Shown in pieces: positions 49,655-61,682 of a stretch of 64,000 bases of DNA (positions within the stretch are counted from its first letter, which is position 1; each line of letters opens with the position of its first letter). The position numbers were made by a program, and so were the translations under genes. The notes beneath the pieces were generated by a model. That model had not been told where the DNA came from and did not search any database. It worked only from the letters and a program-made list of their open reading frames with translations. Origin of the DNA: Massalongia carnosa (Eukaryota); contig OZ287068.1 of NCBI GenBank assembly GCA_965645245.1, positions 3,100,001 to 3,164,000 on the forward strand. The letters are read 5' to 3'.

Positions 49655-52228
49655 TTACAATGGAATCTTGCCTTCCCAGTTCACACCTTCTTTGGCGCAC
49701 CACTCGCCAAGGAGACTCCATCCCATCCTAACCGCCTCAATGCCGCTGCTAATTGAGCCCAGTGGTAGGTAGAACCCTCCATCACCATACCTGCGGAGCA
49801 CTAGCCTCTCCTTGCCCTTCGCGGCGCCGGGAACTTTGGCGCGCTTCGCCCAGGTCTTCGGGTAGGATCTTTGCAACTCGTCGATTGGAAGCCGCGAGAT
49901 TCCCGTAAGCCAAGATTGCCGGGCCAGACGCGAATTCTCAGTGAATTTAGACTTAAATTCAAGATATTCTCGTCGGCCGTTGGTTGCTTTGGCCGCGGAA
50001 TCAATAGCAGGAAGTATACTCTCTTGGTTGGGTGTAGCAGTGCGAGCTTCATCCAGACCAGCCGAAGGAAACGGGTCACGATCTAGGCGATCGAGTTCGT
50101 ACAGAAGAATAGTATCTCGGCAGACAGCCTCGAGTTGAAGGCAAAGGCCGTGCAGATGCGGGATTGGTTGGGCTACACCTTTCACGAAATGCAAGTATCC
50201 AAGGAGGGAGCGCCATGCGCTAACGTCTCCCAGCTTGTGCATGACCCGTAACGACTCATCCCCAACGCTGAATGCCAACATATAGCAGAGGACCGTCTCG
50301 AGCGCGATCGCGATGCCTCGGTTCTTAGCCGCTGGATCGATGGGCTCTTTGGATTGCAAAATCTCGTCGGCCTCGTGCTTCAGCTTTTGTCCTAGTTTAG
50401 AGTACTGGACTTGCTCTGCCTTCCACAAGGCGATTTCGCCTTTTCTCTCTGGAGTAAGGTTATTAGAAGACGCTACATTATATGTAGCCTTCGCATCTCG
50501 AGTAGCGCGTTCTGCGCTGCTAGGTGCAGTAGGGGTAACATTCCTAGTGCCTCCGGATGGCGTCTTAACATCGCCATCGGCTGAAGCAATACGGTGCATA
50601 GCTGTGCCTTTGATGTCGCGTTTGGGTGTAGGTACGTTTGGTTTTTGTCTATTGCTTGGCTGAGAAAGTGCCGGCGACTTGGTGGCAGTTCGAGCAGGTG
50701 TGTAAGGTTTGTGAACAATGTTGGCAACACCAGAGGGCTTTTGGCGCTTGGATGATTCTAAGTCTTCCTTTTCTTCCGATCGACGACGCTTTTCCCCAGC
50801 TTTCACCGGTTCCTGCTCTTTTCGCTTCTGAATGGCCTTGCCCTCCTGTTGATCGCTGCCTTGGTTTCGCTGAGTAATGGCAGAGGTGGATGCGGCTAAG
50901 ATTGTGGCTGGTTTCTTTGGACCAGGACGCAAACCAATGATTCTTGCTAAATTCTTTCGCGCTGATTTAGGAATTTTTAGCTTCACTATCAGGCTCTTTC
51001 TTTCGGACTTAGTAGGCACAAGCTTCGAGACTGGCGACGCGATAGATTCTTCCTTAACGTTGCTGCTGAGACCGTTAATAAGTGGTTTGACACCGACGAC
51101 CCCATTGATCTTGAGAGCTTTGTCTTTCTGATCGGTTGATGTACGCTGTTTTGCATGGGGCGTGTCTCGTACCGAGCCGGAGGTCTTTGCAACTGGGCTA
51201 GATGGGTGGGGTTTGGACACAGAAGGATTGTTTCCCTTTTTTGAGGTGGCGTTCACATCCTTAGAAGCAAGCTTTGCGGTATTCTGGTTGTTTCGGGAAG
51301 GGGTTGGAGCTGCTGGAAATTTCGTGACGGAGGAAGCTTTAGCGACCTTCTTTTGCACAAACTTCTCGGTAGCGGCTGTGCTAACGTTTGCTTTTCTTCT
51401 CGCAAGTTCTTCTTCAACGCTGGGAGGGAGGGTAGGGGAGAGCAATGGTGGTAGCTTGGGTATATAGGTCCCTTCCTTTGGCGGTACATTCGTCACAATC
51501 TCAGGTGGTTCTGGAGAGGTACGAGGTTTCTTTGCGGGTGAGGGGACTGTGTCCTGACCGGTAGACTTGGGTCCTTTATCTTCTGAGATAGCCCCGATAG
51601 GCCTGCACCTGGTCAATAAAATTGTGATCCTGCAGGAAGAGAAAAGAAAAGAAAGAAGCACAGCTATAGCTACATACCTCTTCTGGCCCTGTAGTAGCTG
51701 CTCTTTATGAGGCTCGTCCTTCTCAACCAAAACTGCTGGCGCAGTCACCTTTTCCTGAACCTTGTTCCTCCCGCTGACTCGTGGCAGGACCTTTGCGCCT
51801 GCCTGTCCAGCGGTCTTGGCCTTGTAGTCTTGTAAGCTAATTTTTTTCCGCGGAGGTTGCCCAGGGAATGGGGTGCCAAGTCCACTGCTCGATTTGGTAG
51901 TTGTGTCTGGTGATTTTTCCGGAATCCCTCCCTTACCGTCATCCCAATCTCCCACCGCCGTGAGCATCGTGTCGTCGAAGAGATGAGAGTTGAAGGTGAG
52001 ATACTGGAGCGATTCCTCGTTGGCACTAAAGGGAGAACCTCTCTTCCAATCGTTGGCCTGATGTGAGTCCACACGGCATGTAGTAGGGACCGTTAGGAGA
52101 TAAGGTGTTGCGGGGAAAATGTGTTCGGAAATGTGTTTAAGGCGGGCATCAGTGTCGCAGGTCTCGAGGATGGACTTGTTTTGCATTGATTTGGATATAT
52201 GCGACGCATTGGTCATGTTTGTGCCCAT
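49655..52228 (-). CDS. Low-complexity nuclear protein with Ebp1/AF4-like C-terminal domain
   Basis: 857-aa ORF including an in-frame intron (~51603-51677). KKISLQDYK, LPPLLSPTLPP, a long S/P/K-rich region, and a helical C-terminus (GQKLKHEAD...ETVLCYMLAF...WRSL). The family call is from memory of motifs. Confidence 0.65.
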   Translation of the reverse strand: MGTNMTNASHISKSMQNKSILETCDTDARLKHISEHIFPATPYLLTVPTTCRVDSHQANDWKRGSPFSANEESLQYLTFNSHLFDDTMLTAVGDWDDGKGGIPEKSPDTTTKSSSGLGTPFPGQPPRKKISLQDYKAKTAGQAGAKVLPRVSGRNKVQEKVTAPAVLVEKDEPHKEQLLQGQKRYVAIAVLLSFLFSSCRITILLTRCRPIGAISEDKGPKSTGQDTVPSPAKKPRTSPEPPEIVTNVPPKEGTYIPKLPPLLSPTLPPSVEEELARRKANVSTAATEKFVQKKVAKASSVTKFPAAPTPSRNNQNTAKLASKDVNATSKKGNNPSVSKPHPSSPVAKTSGSVRDTPHAKQRTSTDQKDKALKINGVVGVKPLINGLSSNVKEESIASPVSKLVPTKSERKSLIVKLKIPKSARKNLARIIGLRPGPKKPATILAASTSAITQRNQGSDQQEGKAIQKRKEQEPVKAGEKRRRSEEKEDLESSKRQKPSGVANIVHKPYTPARTATKSPALSQPSNRQKPNVPTPKRDIKGTAMHRIASADGDVKTPSGGTRNVTPTAPSSAERATRDAKATYNVASSNNLTPERKGEIALWKAEQVQYSKLGQKLKHEADEILQSKEPIDPAAKNRGIAIALETVLCYMLAFSVGDESLRVMHKLGDVSAWRSLLGYLHFVKGVAQPIPHLHGLCLQLEAVCRDTILLYELDRLDRDPFPSAGLDEARTATPNQESILPAIDSAAKATNGRREYLEFKSKFTENSRLARQSWLTGISRLPIDELQRSYPKTWAKRAKVPGAAKGKERLVLRRYGDGGFYLPLGSISSGIEAVRMGWSLLGEWCAKEGVNWEGKIPL

Positions 52229-53000
52229 TGTAATTGCGAGTTGATGCTTTTGTAGGTTTCTGTTTCAATGTATGTGTGCTTAGAAGGCGTCAATGTGGAT
52301 GACAGCGGTAAATAATGAATGTGGGGTTACATTAGAAGAGAGGTTCGCTGCAGTTTAGAAGAATCCTAATAGTGTTGAGTGTTCTAGGGGTGAATGGTAT
52401 TGTCGCATGAATTCATTATTCTTGTTCAGTGGTTGCCCGCCTTGACGACAACAGGCTTGAACCCACGTCAATGACGGTTTTGGTGTCTGCATCCAATTCC
52501 CGGAGAGAATGATACGCTATTGTGACTCATTAAGTATGGGCAATGGTTCTGTGCAAAGGGGAAATATTATCAATGACAGTCGACCTGTGATGGTTATTGC
52601 CTTCATTCGGCGGCTGCAACAAGCAGGGTTCAAAGGCTCAATGATTAATCAGACGCAAAAGTTTCTCTGAAGATGGAAGCACTCTAACTGGCTCAGCACG
52701 ACAACGGCAGCGGATCGCGAAGTAAACTCGAAGTCGACAAAAAATGTAAGGGAAGGGGGATGGGATGTCGAAGTGTTGAATGTTGAATGTTGAAGCGTGA
52801 AGTGCGAGTGATGGAGGGACCGGTTAACGTTATCGATCACCAGCATGTGAAGCGGTATTTAGGGCTGACCTTTTGCGTCAACCGAAGCCCAAAAAGTTAT
52901 ATTTTTAAACTCCTATTGGTTGATGTTATAGGGTTATTTTCCGATTGCCCTGTTTAGGTAAGATACCCCAACTTTCACGTAGTACAGAGTACAGAGTACA

Positions 53001-53120
53001 TGTACCTACTTGTACCTACTTGTACCTACTTGTACCTACTTGTACCTACTTGTACCTACTTGTACCTACTTGTACCTACTTGTACCTACTTGTACCTACT
53101 TGTACCTACTTGTTCCTACT
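53001..53120. repeat. 10-bp minisatellite (TGTACCTACT)x12
   Basis: 11 perfect copies at 53001-53110 plus one variant, TGTTCCTACT. Confidence 0.97.
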
Positions 53121-54078
53121 TGTGCATTCTAGTACTGAAAAGGACAACATCGGCACTGTAAATACCTATATGATACCTTATACCGAGTACTCAATACGCC
53201 ATCTCCCTAGATCAGATTGGAGGCTGACACACCTCCCGGCAAAAATTCCTTGATTTCCAAACACTAGGTTCATGCTTGCTACACTAACAAACAGATTCAT
53301 GGCCTGATTCAGAAATTATGATATGAGTTTGATGATGATGATGGCGAGATGGTCTGCAAAAGGCAATTGGTTTTTCGCTAGGCGTTCATCATATGGATAT
53401 GTTGTTCTACTCGCATCAATGTCATCGTAAGGCAACCACCATAGGTGATGAAATCATCCTGGTCTCATATGCCGAATAACTTTACAAGGTACTATATGAT
53501 GTGTACTATGGATCGAGCACTGAAACAGGCCATGAGAATACACACTCTTGTAGTACTTTCGATTCCGCAATCCGTCTTACGACATCTGAATGCTGATGGA
53601 CAGGTTCATTCAAAGCACATTACAAGGGCTGCTTTGTACTGATATTCATAATAAAAGTATTAACTGGTCTGGAGATGAGGAACAAGCGACTGCTGGATAG
53701 ATTGATTCCCGAGCAGAATAAGGTGAACCGTACTGGGTTGTGATAGTAAAGACCAGGTATAAGCACAGCCGCAGTCACATACAAGATGCAGTTTCAATGA
53801 GATGTTTGTAACGGATCTAAAAGCCATGCTACGCTAATAGCTATCAGGTTAGGCTAAAGAGGCTGACGGAACGGAACAACAAAGGCACGCAAATCCAAGC
53901 TTTGCAGCGTGTCCTTCATCAATACATAACTTTCTGGGAATCACCAAGTGTAAGCAGCAACGACAACGATGTGCAATTGAGCATTCCCACAGCTCAACTT
54001 ATTCTCTACTTCCGAAATCTAGGACTGGTACCAAAACTTTGAGTACATGCTGGGTCTGGCTTAGCATCCACCGTAATT

Positions 54079-55133
54079 ATGAATATCTTTCGAATCGCTG
54101 GTGAGGAGAATGAATGCTAGCTCCGGAAGCTCTGAATATATTCTTACGATTTATTTCAATAAATAGCTGACCTGTCCCATTTCATCTCGATCCTTATCTT
54201 GCTTCGGAAAATGAAATCCTCGAATGTGAATTTCTGCCCTTTGCTCGGCCTAAACACGAGGGCCTCGCGCTAATCACTTCCCTGGCAGAGCTGTTCGGGG
54301 ATATCCTTCAAATCGCAAGCATTATACTTGATCGTATACGTTACGAGATATCTTGGTGGGAAGCTCCCGGCCTCCCTTAATTGTACAAGCGATCAACTGA
54401 GGAGTGGAAAGCTGACATTTGTTGGGCCGGGGCAAAGATATTTTTTGGACCTTCACTACCGGCTCTGTTTGGAATACAACCTTCAAGTTGCTCTTTCTGC
54501 TGTCCTCTGCATACACCGTCTATTTGATGCTAAACGACTACAAACCAACACATGACCCTAATATCGATACTTTCAAGGTCCAATACCTGCTTGGAGGAAG
54601 TTTGGTGCTGGCAGCCCTATTTCCTTACCGTTACCAGTTCACAGAAGTCAGCCATCCCATCCTCATTCACCCTGAACTGTCGCAGGTACCCTTGATAGTT
54701 TTTATGGCTGACAAGCTCCCATTCGGGAACCGATTGCAGATTTTGTGGGCTTTCTCGATCTGGCTCGAATCCGTCGCCATCTTGCCGCAACTCTTCATGC
54801 TGCAGCGCACTGGCGAGGCCGAAACCATAACCACGCACTACCTGTTCGCATTGGGGCTGTACCGCGCGCTGTACATCCCCAACTGGCTGTATCGATATTT
54901 TGCGGAAGGGTACGTGGATCAGATCGCTTGGCTCGCTGGTACGGTCCAGACGATTCTGTACTCGGACTTTTTCTGGATTTACTATACTAAGTACGTCTTT
55001 TTCTTTTCTCTTTTATCACGGATGTTAGGGGCTCCACCGAAAGGCCACCATCAGGAGTCTCAAGAAGTTTTGCTAAATGTATCTTCATTCTTCCAGGGTG
55101 CTACAAGGCAAGAAATTTAACCTGCCCGTGTAG
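54079..55133 (+). CDS. ERD2: ER lumen protein-retaining (HDEL/KDEL) receptor
   Basis: MNIFRIAADLSH, SCSGISFKSQALYLIVYVTRYLD, DTFKVQYLL, WAFSIWLESVAILPQLFMLQRTGEAETITTHYLFALGLYRALYIPNW, VLQGKKFNLPV*. Multi-intron. Confidence 0.97.
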
Positions 55134-55954
55134 AAAGTAGGTTTACCATGGGCGGTGGTATTTTCTAGATTTCTAACCCATATGCTTCGGAGTATGTTTT
55201 CTCTACCGGGAGCTCCAATTTTGTATTATATTACCGATTTGGCTCTCTTCCGGGAAAGGGTCACACTTTAACGGGCTATAGTTCACAGAGAAAAAGAGAA
55301 GCAGAGAGTGTGACACAGGGACCTTGATTTTCATGCTATACAAGTTTGTACGAGTACTAAAAAGTATTCTCACTTCATTTTTCTCGGAAATCTGCATTGG
55401 ATGTTTAGGGTTTGAGATTGCACCATTCCAAATCGTGGTAGGTTGACTAGCCAGTATACCTATTTCCCTTTCACACAGCTTTACTCCAGCGAATCGGTGA
55501 TGGTTGCCCCGCGGGACTTGGAGGGTCGTCTACCTGTGCACTTAGCTACCCAGGCACATATATCGAGAGGAGAGGTTTCCTAGCCAAAAAGGTAAGGGAA
55601 AGCGCGGTCTTTTGTCACTTTATTTTTATACATAGTCTGAGAGATTATCGCATATGGTTTATCGGAATGAGTCTTGTGAAGCGAAGAATAGGTATTGGAA
55701 TATGGTGAGATTTCAGATCGTTGTGTGTTAGTTGCGACGGGCAGCAATTCCATTTCCTTTGTCTTCGCTTTACAGGAGTGGTTGGGGATGAAAGCAAAGC
55801 CGTTCAATCAAGTAATCTAACAACATATTGATACGTTGAAGGATTTTCAAACTCTCCTATCCTGAGCCTACACCCTGCTTCTCCGTGGGAGATATACCTG
55901 CCCATCGAGAAGAAGACGTAAGCACATAGTTACAATGAAGAAAAGAGGGCCAGC

Positions 55955-57254
55955 TCATAATTCATCATCCGATGTTTCCTCTTCATCATCTATCGTCGCG
56001 ACGGCGGGCCGTCCCTGGCTCTTTTGGCGAGTTTCTACATTCACCACCCCCTCATCGGCAGCCCCTTGCTGTGCCTGCGCGAAGGGAAGCTTTCTCGGCG
56101 GTGGAGGCGTAAGGACTCGCGCTGGCGCTTTAGTAGCGGTCGTTTCATGCGAGTGTCTCCTAGAAGGTTGGGAGATAGGCACCGAATCTAGATCATTATC
56201 GTCGTCGTCGGTTTCGGTTAAGGAATGGTCGGAGCGCTCGGGCATGAGGGTTTTCGGGGGCCGGGGGTCATTGTCATCGTCGTTGTCGATGGACATCATT
56301 TCGTGGCTTTCGGCTTCTTCGTCAGTGGTGGATGCTGTTGATACTGCGCGCCCGACTGCTGGATGAGGAGGAGCGCCTTTTGCTTTGCGCTTTGTTGGGC
56401 GGGAGGCTGTGAATTTTCGGGGGTTGATGGATTCGTGTTCGCTTTGAAGGGTTGCGGCTATGTATTTTGGAAGAGGTTAGCGGGATTTTCCAAGAGAGCG
56501 TTGGTAATGGGTGACGTGTGGAGCTGATAGGCAGGCACCTTTGCCAGGGTCCAGCTTTGCTCCAGCGAGAAGGCGATGCAAATCGCGGATCTTCGACTTC
56601 TTCGCATTGAGCAGATCTCGGAATTTCTCTAGCAGATCATTCTCTTGCTCGATTTTCGCCTCGATGAGATCTTCCAATTGCCTGTTAAGCTTTTTAATCG
56701 CTTTGCCTTGGTCCTCGTACTTGCCCTGCAAGTCATCGATTTCCTTTTCTAGCTCCGTCGTGCGCGCGACTGCCGTCCCTGCCCAGCTGATAGAGTCAAT
56801 TTCTAAATCTTCGTCTTTGCGCAAAGCGATTTCCCCCAGCCGCTGCGTGATGCCGGAGATGTTCTTGCGGAATATGATCACCAGCTGGTCATCGCTGATC
56901 GTGGCGCTAGTTTCAAGCGTCGTGAGAGCGTCTTTCTCGGCAAGCTTTCCATGGGAAGATTGACGGAGGAGAATGGAGTGTAAGAGCGCCTCCCATTGCT
57001 CGTTGTTGAGGTGACTGCTCTTTGCGCGAAATTTGTGGATGCGGGACTGCTTGACTATTGTTAGCCGCTATGATCAGCATTGCCCATAGGGTACTTGTTT
57101 GAAAGGCTTTACTGTTCGAGATGTATGGGCTTAGTCCCTCAGTCGCAAGCAGCCTAAGGTCTAAGGGTGCGGGGCCATTTGAAGTGACATTGACGAGTAC
57201 ATATTCTCCTTCCTGATCACTGCGGGGAATGCGCAAAATCAATGCTAGAGGCAT
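55955..57254 (-). CDS. XRCC4: XRCC4/Lif1-like NHEJ protein
   Basis: LRIPRSD...VLVNV...LDLRLLATEGLSPY head, RKNISGITQRLGEIAL, coiled coil ending LLEKFRDLLNAKKSKIRDL, acidic tail ETSDDEL. Two introns. Confidence 0.85.
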
Positions 57255-57920
57255 AGCTGTCGCAATTGGATAATGAGCATGAGTAATGGAGCATGAGAGC
57301 AATTTCAGCAATAATTCATTTCAAAAGCAGAACATAGACATGCAGATGATTGCCTATCAATTAGGTGGGCCGCGTGTGAGGGGCCCAACACGCAGCTGTA
57401 AGGCTGGAGCGCGTTTAAAGCTAACGCTAGTACAAGGGTAAGCCATAAAGAGTCTAGCCTCAGTTCAGGGCGCGACCAACCACCTTTGCCACACACCTCA
57501 CTACTCAACCTCCCAGTTTCATTTTTTCTTCACCTCACCACCGTCGACCATTTGTATTTCGGGGCATTTAGGGCCTACATTTTTCATTGCCGGAGCTTTC
57601 AATTTCTTACGGAGTTAAGACGTTGCTCCTTCAGCTCTGAGGCCACTATACGTCGTGGACACCCTTATCAACAAAACCATTGACGCAGCCTTCAGCGCAA
57701 TCATGCATTAACGCTCAGTTCAGACATGCCTCGTAGCCTGACAACACAAAACTTCCACCTTTTACGATTGTCGCGCGCCATTAAACTCTCGGCATTTTCA
57801 CTTCACAGTGGCTCGGATTTTACCCCACCTTAGCATTTCGAATTCCTTCAGCTTGAACTCGACATCACCATCTGCAAGCACCTCGCAAAATACCTACCAC
57901 AGTCAACCAAACCTGCCACA

Positions 57921-60900
57921 ATGGAGCCACTAAATTTAAAACCTCGACAGGCCGTTCAGGAAGATATTGAGTGCTGGGATGATGATGAAGATCTTCAAGG
58001 AATCGACAACTTACAGTTTCGTAATACATCTACGACAACCATTGGATCTACTCAAGCTTCCTACCACAGAGACTCAATTTCCTCACGTGTATCGGCAAGA
58101 TCTGATAGAGACTCTAACGGAGGAGGCGATGAGGACTGGCAGGTACTGCTGCCTACAGACGATGAGAGCTCTACATCCAGTGCGATCGCCTCAGCACAGA
58201 GTGCTGGAATCCCGATACCTGCAAATGTACCATCATCCGCACTCCTTGGCGGCACCATAAAGCGACTGGGGGGTCGTCGCCTCAAGAAAGTATTCGGTGA
58301 TGACTGGGGAGAAGATTTGGAATTGTCAAATGTGGAGCATGGTGTTCTGAAATTGAAGAAGAATGATGGAAAAGAGTTTGAGGATGCGTTGCGACAATTC
58401 AGCGCCGAGTTCTCCAACTTGCCAAGTCCTTCTAAGCCACACCCTAGTATGACCTTTATGGAGCGTGTGGAAACCAATCGGCAGAAAAACCCGATGACCG
58501 GTATGTTGGACAAATTTCGCGATGACGATGAAGATAACTTTGGAGACGTTCCCACAATTAAAGTCGCAAAGAATCGGCCACCAAAGAAGGCTATCAACTT
58601 CATTCCGCTACCATCTAAAACAAACAAGGATTTTGAAGACATCGAAGAAGATCTCGAATTCCCAGCAGACGGTGAGCTAAAACTCTCCGCCCGGAAGGAG
58701 GTACCAAAAACACCTTCATCACAGCTGCACGATGATTTTGACATGGAATGGGCCGAAGGCAGCCTAGGCACAAGGTTTGGGGGCACAAAACGAGATGGAC
58801 GATCTAATCCAGGTTCATCAATTTCAGCTTTCAGCCCAAGCACGTCAAGTTGTCTGACCGCTGAGAGTGAAGACGAGGGCTTGGACTGCTTAGTCCTTCC
58901 AGATGGTCCGATAAAGTTTGATGAGGTTTTGAAAAAGAGACTAGAGAACGTATCCCCAGATTCGGCAATCCAGGTAGAGGAGAAGCAAGGTGACACTCCC
59001 GCCGCGCCGACGAAAGAGGACTTCTTTGCTGGGATTGAAATTGGCGATGGAGATGTTTTTGATTCTGGTAAGCTTACGCTTAATCGCAACATCAAACACA
59101 AGGTTGCTCGACAGACAAGCCCAGTTCGCCGGACTGCGATGACCTTAACTTTCACCAGTAAGGCTCAGCCGGGCACGACAAGAATACCAAAGCCTCAAGG
59201 AAATGACCGAGCTCGTTCTACTCTGGAACCTGTTTCCGAGAGCGGCGGCCCTATGCCAAAGTATCGCAGGCCACTATCAAGACTAGGAGGCCATTCATCA
59301 CAATCCTCAGTCTCCAACATCCCAACTCCCTCAACTCCTTCATCCCATATGGCGGCTCCATCTACTCCAAGCCGCCGTGGACTCAACAACAAGTCGTCAC
59401 GCGATACTTTGAGAGCAGAGCAAACAACAAACCCGGCTCATTTGCTACGTTCCAAACGTTCGATGCCCGTTATGAGAACTCAACCTTCGCCAGCTCGCTC
59501 TCAACCCAACAATCAACGTCCCCCATCCAGAGGAGACTTTGGCACCCGCCAAGCTTTTCCCTCGCGCCCTAAAACACCGGTTGATCGGTCCGGAGCTGAG
59601 TCTAGTTTAGCAAACTTACGAAAACCTCCTGTACCTTTTCTTCCCGCTGGAACATCGCATGCCCAATCGCATCATATCAGCATCAAAACCACCCGACAGT
59701 TCCATCGCCCTAACTCATCTGATTCTAACGAGAATGTTCCGCTTAACCGCCCAATATCTCGGCTGTCGAATCCACATCATCGGCCTATTACACCTACTTC
59801 GCGGAAAGATCATGCTCCTGAATCTCTCGCTCGAGAAGCTGCCTCCAAGCGCACCCTGACAAAGCCTACTCGCCGCAGAGCTTTTGGTGATGGCACAGAA
59901 CTTGAGATTTTTGACGATCTTCCTACCTCTGCCTCAATGGAGTCCAAGTTTGTAAGACAGCCTATTGCTCGAGGAGCTCCGAAATCCGTCCAATTACGAA
60001 GCAAGCTTGGTTTGTCACAACCACATCATTCAACCCCTTCAGGCACCGATTCGCCGGTCCCAACTCCACAAACGCCCCTCAGTCCGGTGAAGCAAGATAG
60101 TACGCCGCGCTTTGCCCGCGACACAAATGCCTCTCGCCTGGCTCGTGAACACCGCATTGGTTCCGTTGCCGCAACTCTTCACGCTGCGCCAAGTCTCCCA
60201 ACGGTCCGGGAGAGTGGGCCCCTCAACCCTGTCAGCACCAACTGGAAGGCTCACATTGCTGCAAAGGGACTTGCTTCACCCAGCGTTCCGCGATCCAAAC
60301 GCGTGAAAGCACTACCTCAGAAGCCGCGTTTGATCAAACCAATGGGCGAGGGAGTAAATAGCGCCAAAACTTTGAAGGGCATGCAGTGGAATCCAACACT
60401 TTTCAAGTGGGAGGGGAACGAGAACGCTCTTACTTCTTTCGACCCGCCTGCACAACCACCGCACTCGCCCAAGCATGTCATGGGAAGCGGAAGTTTAAAA
60501 GTAGCGCCAGCCCTTATTGCTAACGTAGGAGCTACTAAAGGTAGTGTGCAAGTTGTAGGTGGGATGGTATTTGACCCACAACGGATGTGCTGGCTCAAGA
60601 TGGCGCCGTCCTACGCCTCTCGGCAACATTCCGCCACGGGCTCCAATCCCAGGTCGCCAGAGACGATTGAAGAAGATGAGGATCCTTTCGCTGGACTGGA
60701 TGACCTTGACGACGGAAAAGACAAGAGGAGCGTCGCTGGCACGAATCACGAGGATGATCTCTCAGTCGGTATGGGCACCAAGGCATCGGTGGATGATGAA
60801 TGGCTTGTTGGCGAGGAATTTGACGTTGGACCGGAGTTTATCAAGCGGCAAAGGGCCGAGGAGGAAAAATGGAGGAGGAAAGTGGAAGGCTGGGTCGGGC

Positions 60901-60992
60901 TAGGAATCCGGGAAGGAGGATCTGGGACAGGGCATGAAGGAGAGGATTGGAGATGGGCGTTGAGGGGGAAGGTTGAGATACTTACAAGCTGA
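57921..60992 (+). CDS. byr4: Septation-initiation-network inhibitor Byr4/Bfa1-like
   Basis: 1023-aa ORF: IECWDDDEDLQ, GIPIPANVPSSALLGGTIKRLG, FGDGTELEIFDDLPTS, GMQWNPTLFKWEGNE, VVGGMVFDPQRMCWLK, GEEFDVGPEFIKRQRAEE. Confidence 0.88.
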   Translation: MEPLNLKPRQAVQEDIECWDDDEDLQGIDNLQFRNTSTTTIGSTQASYHRDSISSRVSARSDRDSNGGGDEDWQVLLPTDDESSTSSAIASAQSAGIPIPANVPSSALLGGTIKRLGGRRLKKVFGDDWGEDLELSNVEHGVLKLKKNDGKEFEDALRQFSAEFSNLPSPSKPHPSMTFMERVETNRQKNPMTGMLDKFRDDDEDNFGDVPTIKVAKNRPPKKAINFIPLPSKTNKDFEDIEEDLEFPADGELKLSARKEVPKTPSSQLHDDFDMEWAEGSLGTRFGGTKRDGRSNPGSSISAFSPSTSSCLTAESEDEGLDCLVLPDGPIKFDEVLKKRLENVSPDSAIQVEEKQGDTPAAPTKEDFFAGIEIGDGDVFDSGKLTLNRNIKHKVARQTSPVRRTAMTLTFTSKAQPGTTRIPKPQGNDRARSTLEPVSESGGPMPKYRRPLSRLGGHSSQSSVSNIPTPSTPSSHMAAPSTPSRRGLNNKSSRDTLRAEQTTNPAHLLRSKRSMPVMRTQPSPARSQPNNQRPPSRGDFGTRQAFPSRPKTPVDRSGAESSLANLRKPPVPFLPAGTSHAQSHHISIKTTRQFHRPNSSDSNENVPLNRPISRLSNPHHRPITPTSRKDHAPESLAREAASKRTLTKPTRRRAFGDGTELEIFDDLPTSASMESKFVRQPIARGAPKSVQLRSKLGLSQPHHSTPSGTDSPVPTPQTPLSPVKQDSTPRFARDTNASRLAREHRIGSVAATLHAAPSLPTVRESGPLNPVSTNWKAHIAAKGLASPSVPRSKRVKALPQKPRLIKPMGEGVNSAKTLKGMQWNPTLFKWEGNENALTSFDPPAQPPHSPKHVMGSGSLKVAPALIANVGATKGSVQVVGGMVFDPQRMCWLKMAPSYASRQHSATGSNPRSPETIEEDEDPFAGLDDLDDGKDKRSVAGTNHEDDLSVGMGTKASVDDEWLVGEEFDVGPEFIKRQRAEEEKWRRKVEGWVGLGIREGGSGTGHEGEDWRWALRGKVEILTS

Positions 60993-61682
60993 TTGCCTCA
61001 AGAGCGTTAACTACGCGCTTCGGCAACAGGGCTTCATTTCACGGCTGTAATTTAGGGTTATCTAAGAGAGCTAATCCCGCTTTGCTTAATGAATGCAAGT
61101 TTTCACGGTTTTCCGATCTATTGCAGTAGCAATGCATATATGCTACCTTCTGACGATGATTCCTACTACATTCTTCTTCTCCAGCACTCACATTCTTAAC
61201 TCTTGTAGACTTTGTAGAAAGAACGAAATTAGACCATTAATTGACCTATCCCTAGCATCATGGCTCTAACAATGAAAGCTCTCCCATAGTCATCTTCCCA
61301 ATATGTAGCGACCGTTGGTAAGGAACAGAAAACATCATCAAGAACAAAGTCTCTCGTTTGCTCCAGCTACGACGCCTTTCGAATATACATCGATGCTCTC
61401 GGTTCATGTAGCAGAGGAGTATGAGGTGAAGTTCAAGTACAATTTTGTACGTTTGGGCCAGATTCTCCTACAATAAAACATGTCCGTTAATGAGTATGAA
61501 GTGGAAAGAGAAAGGAGGAAATGGGGGATCTCAATTTAAGGATTTGGATGACGCTAGTTCGCTAAGCGAGATATTTATCTGCTAGGGCTGAACTATGGCG
61601 TCTATTTGGTGTGGACGTCAGGAACTGATCAGATCACTGAATAGCACTCTCTTTCCGTTTTTCGGTTTTTTCTTTTAGCACG

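Noticed and set aside
52945..53253. ORF with a repeated PTCTYLYLLV peptide
   Set aside because: Translation of the 10-bp minisatellite.
58061..59155. 364-aa antisense ORF
   Set aside because: Shadow of byr4.
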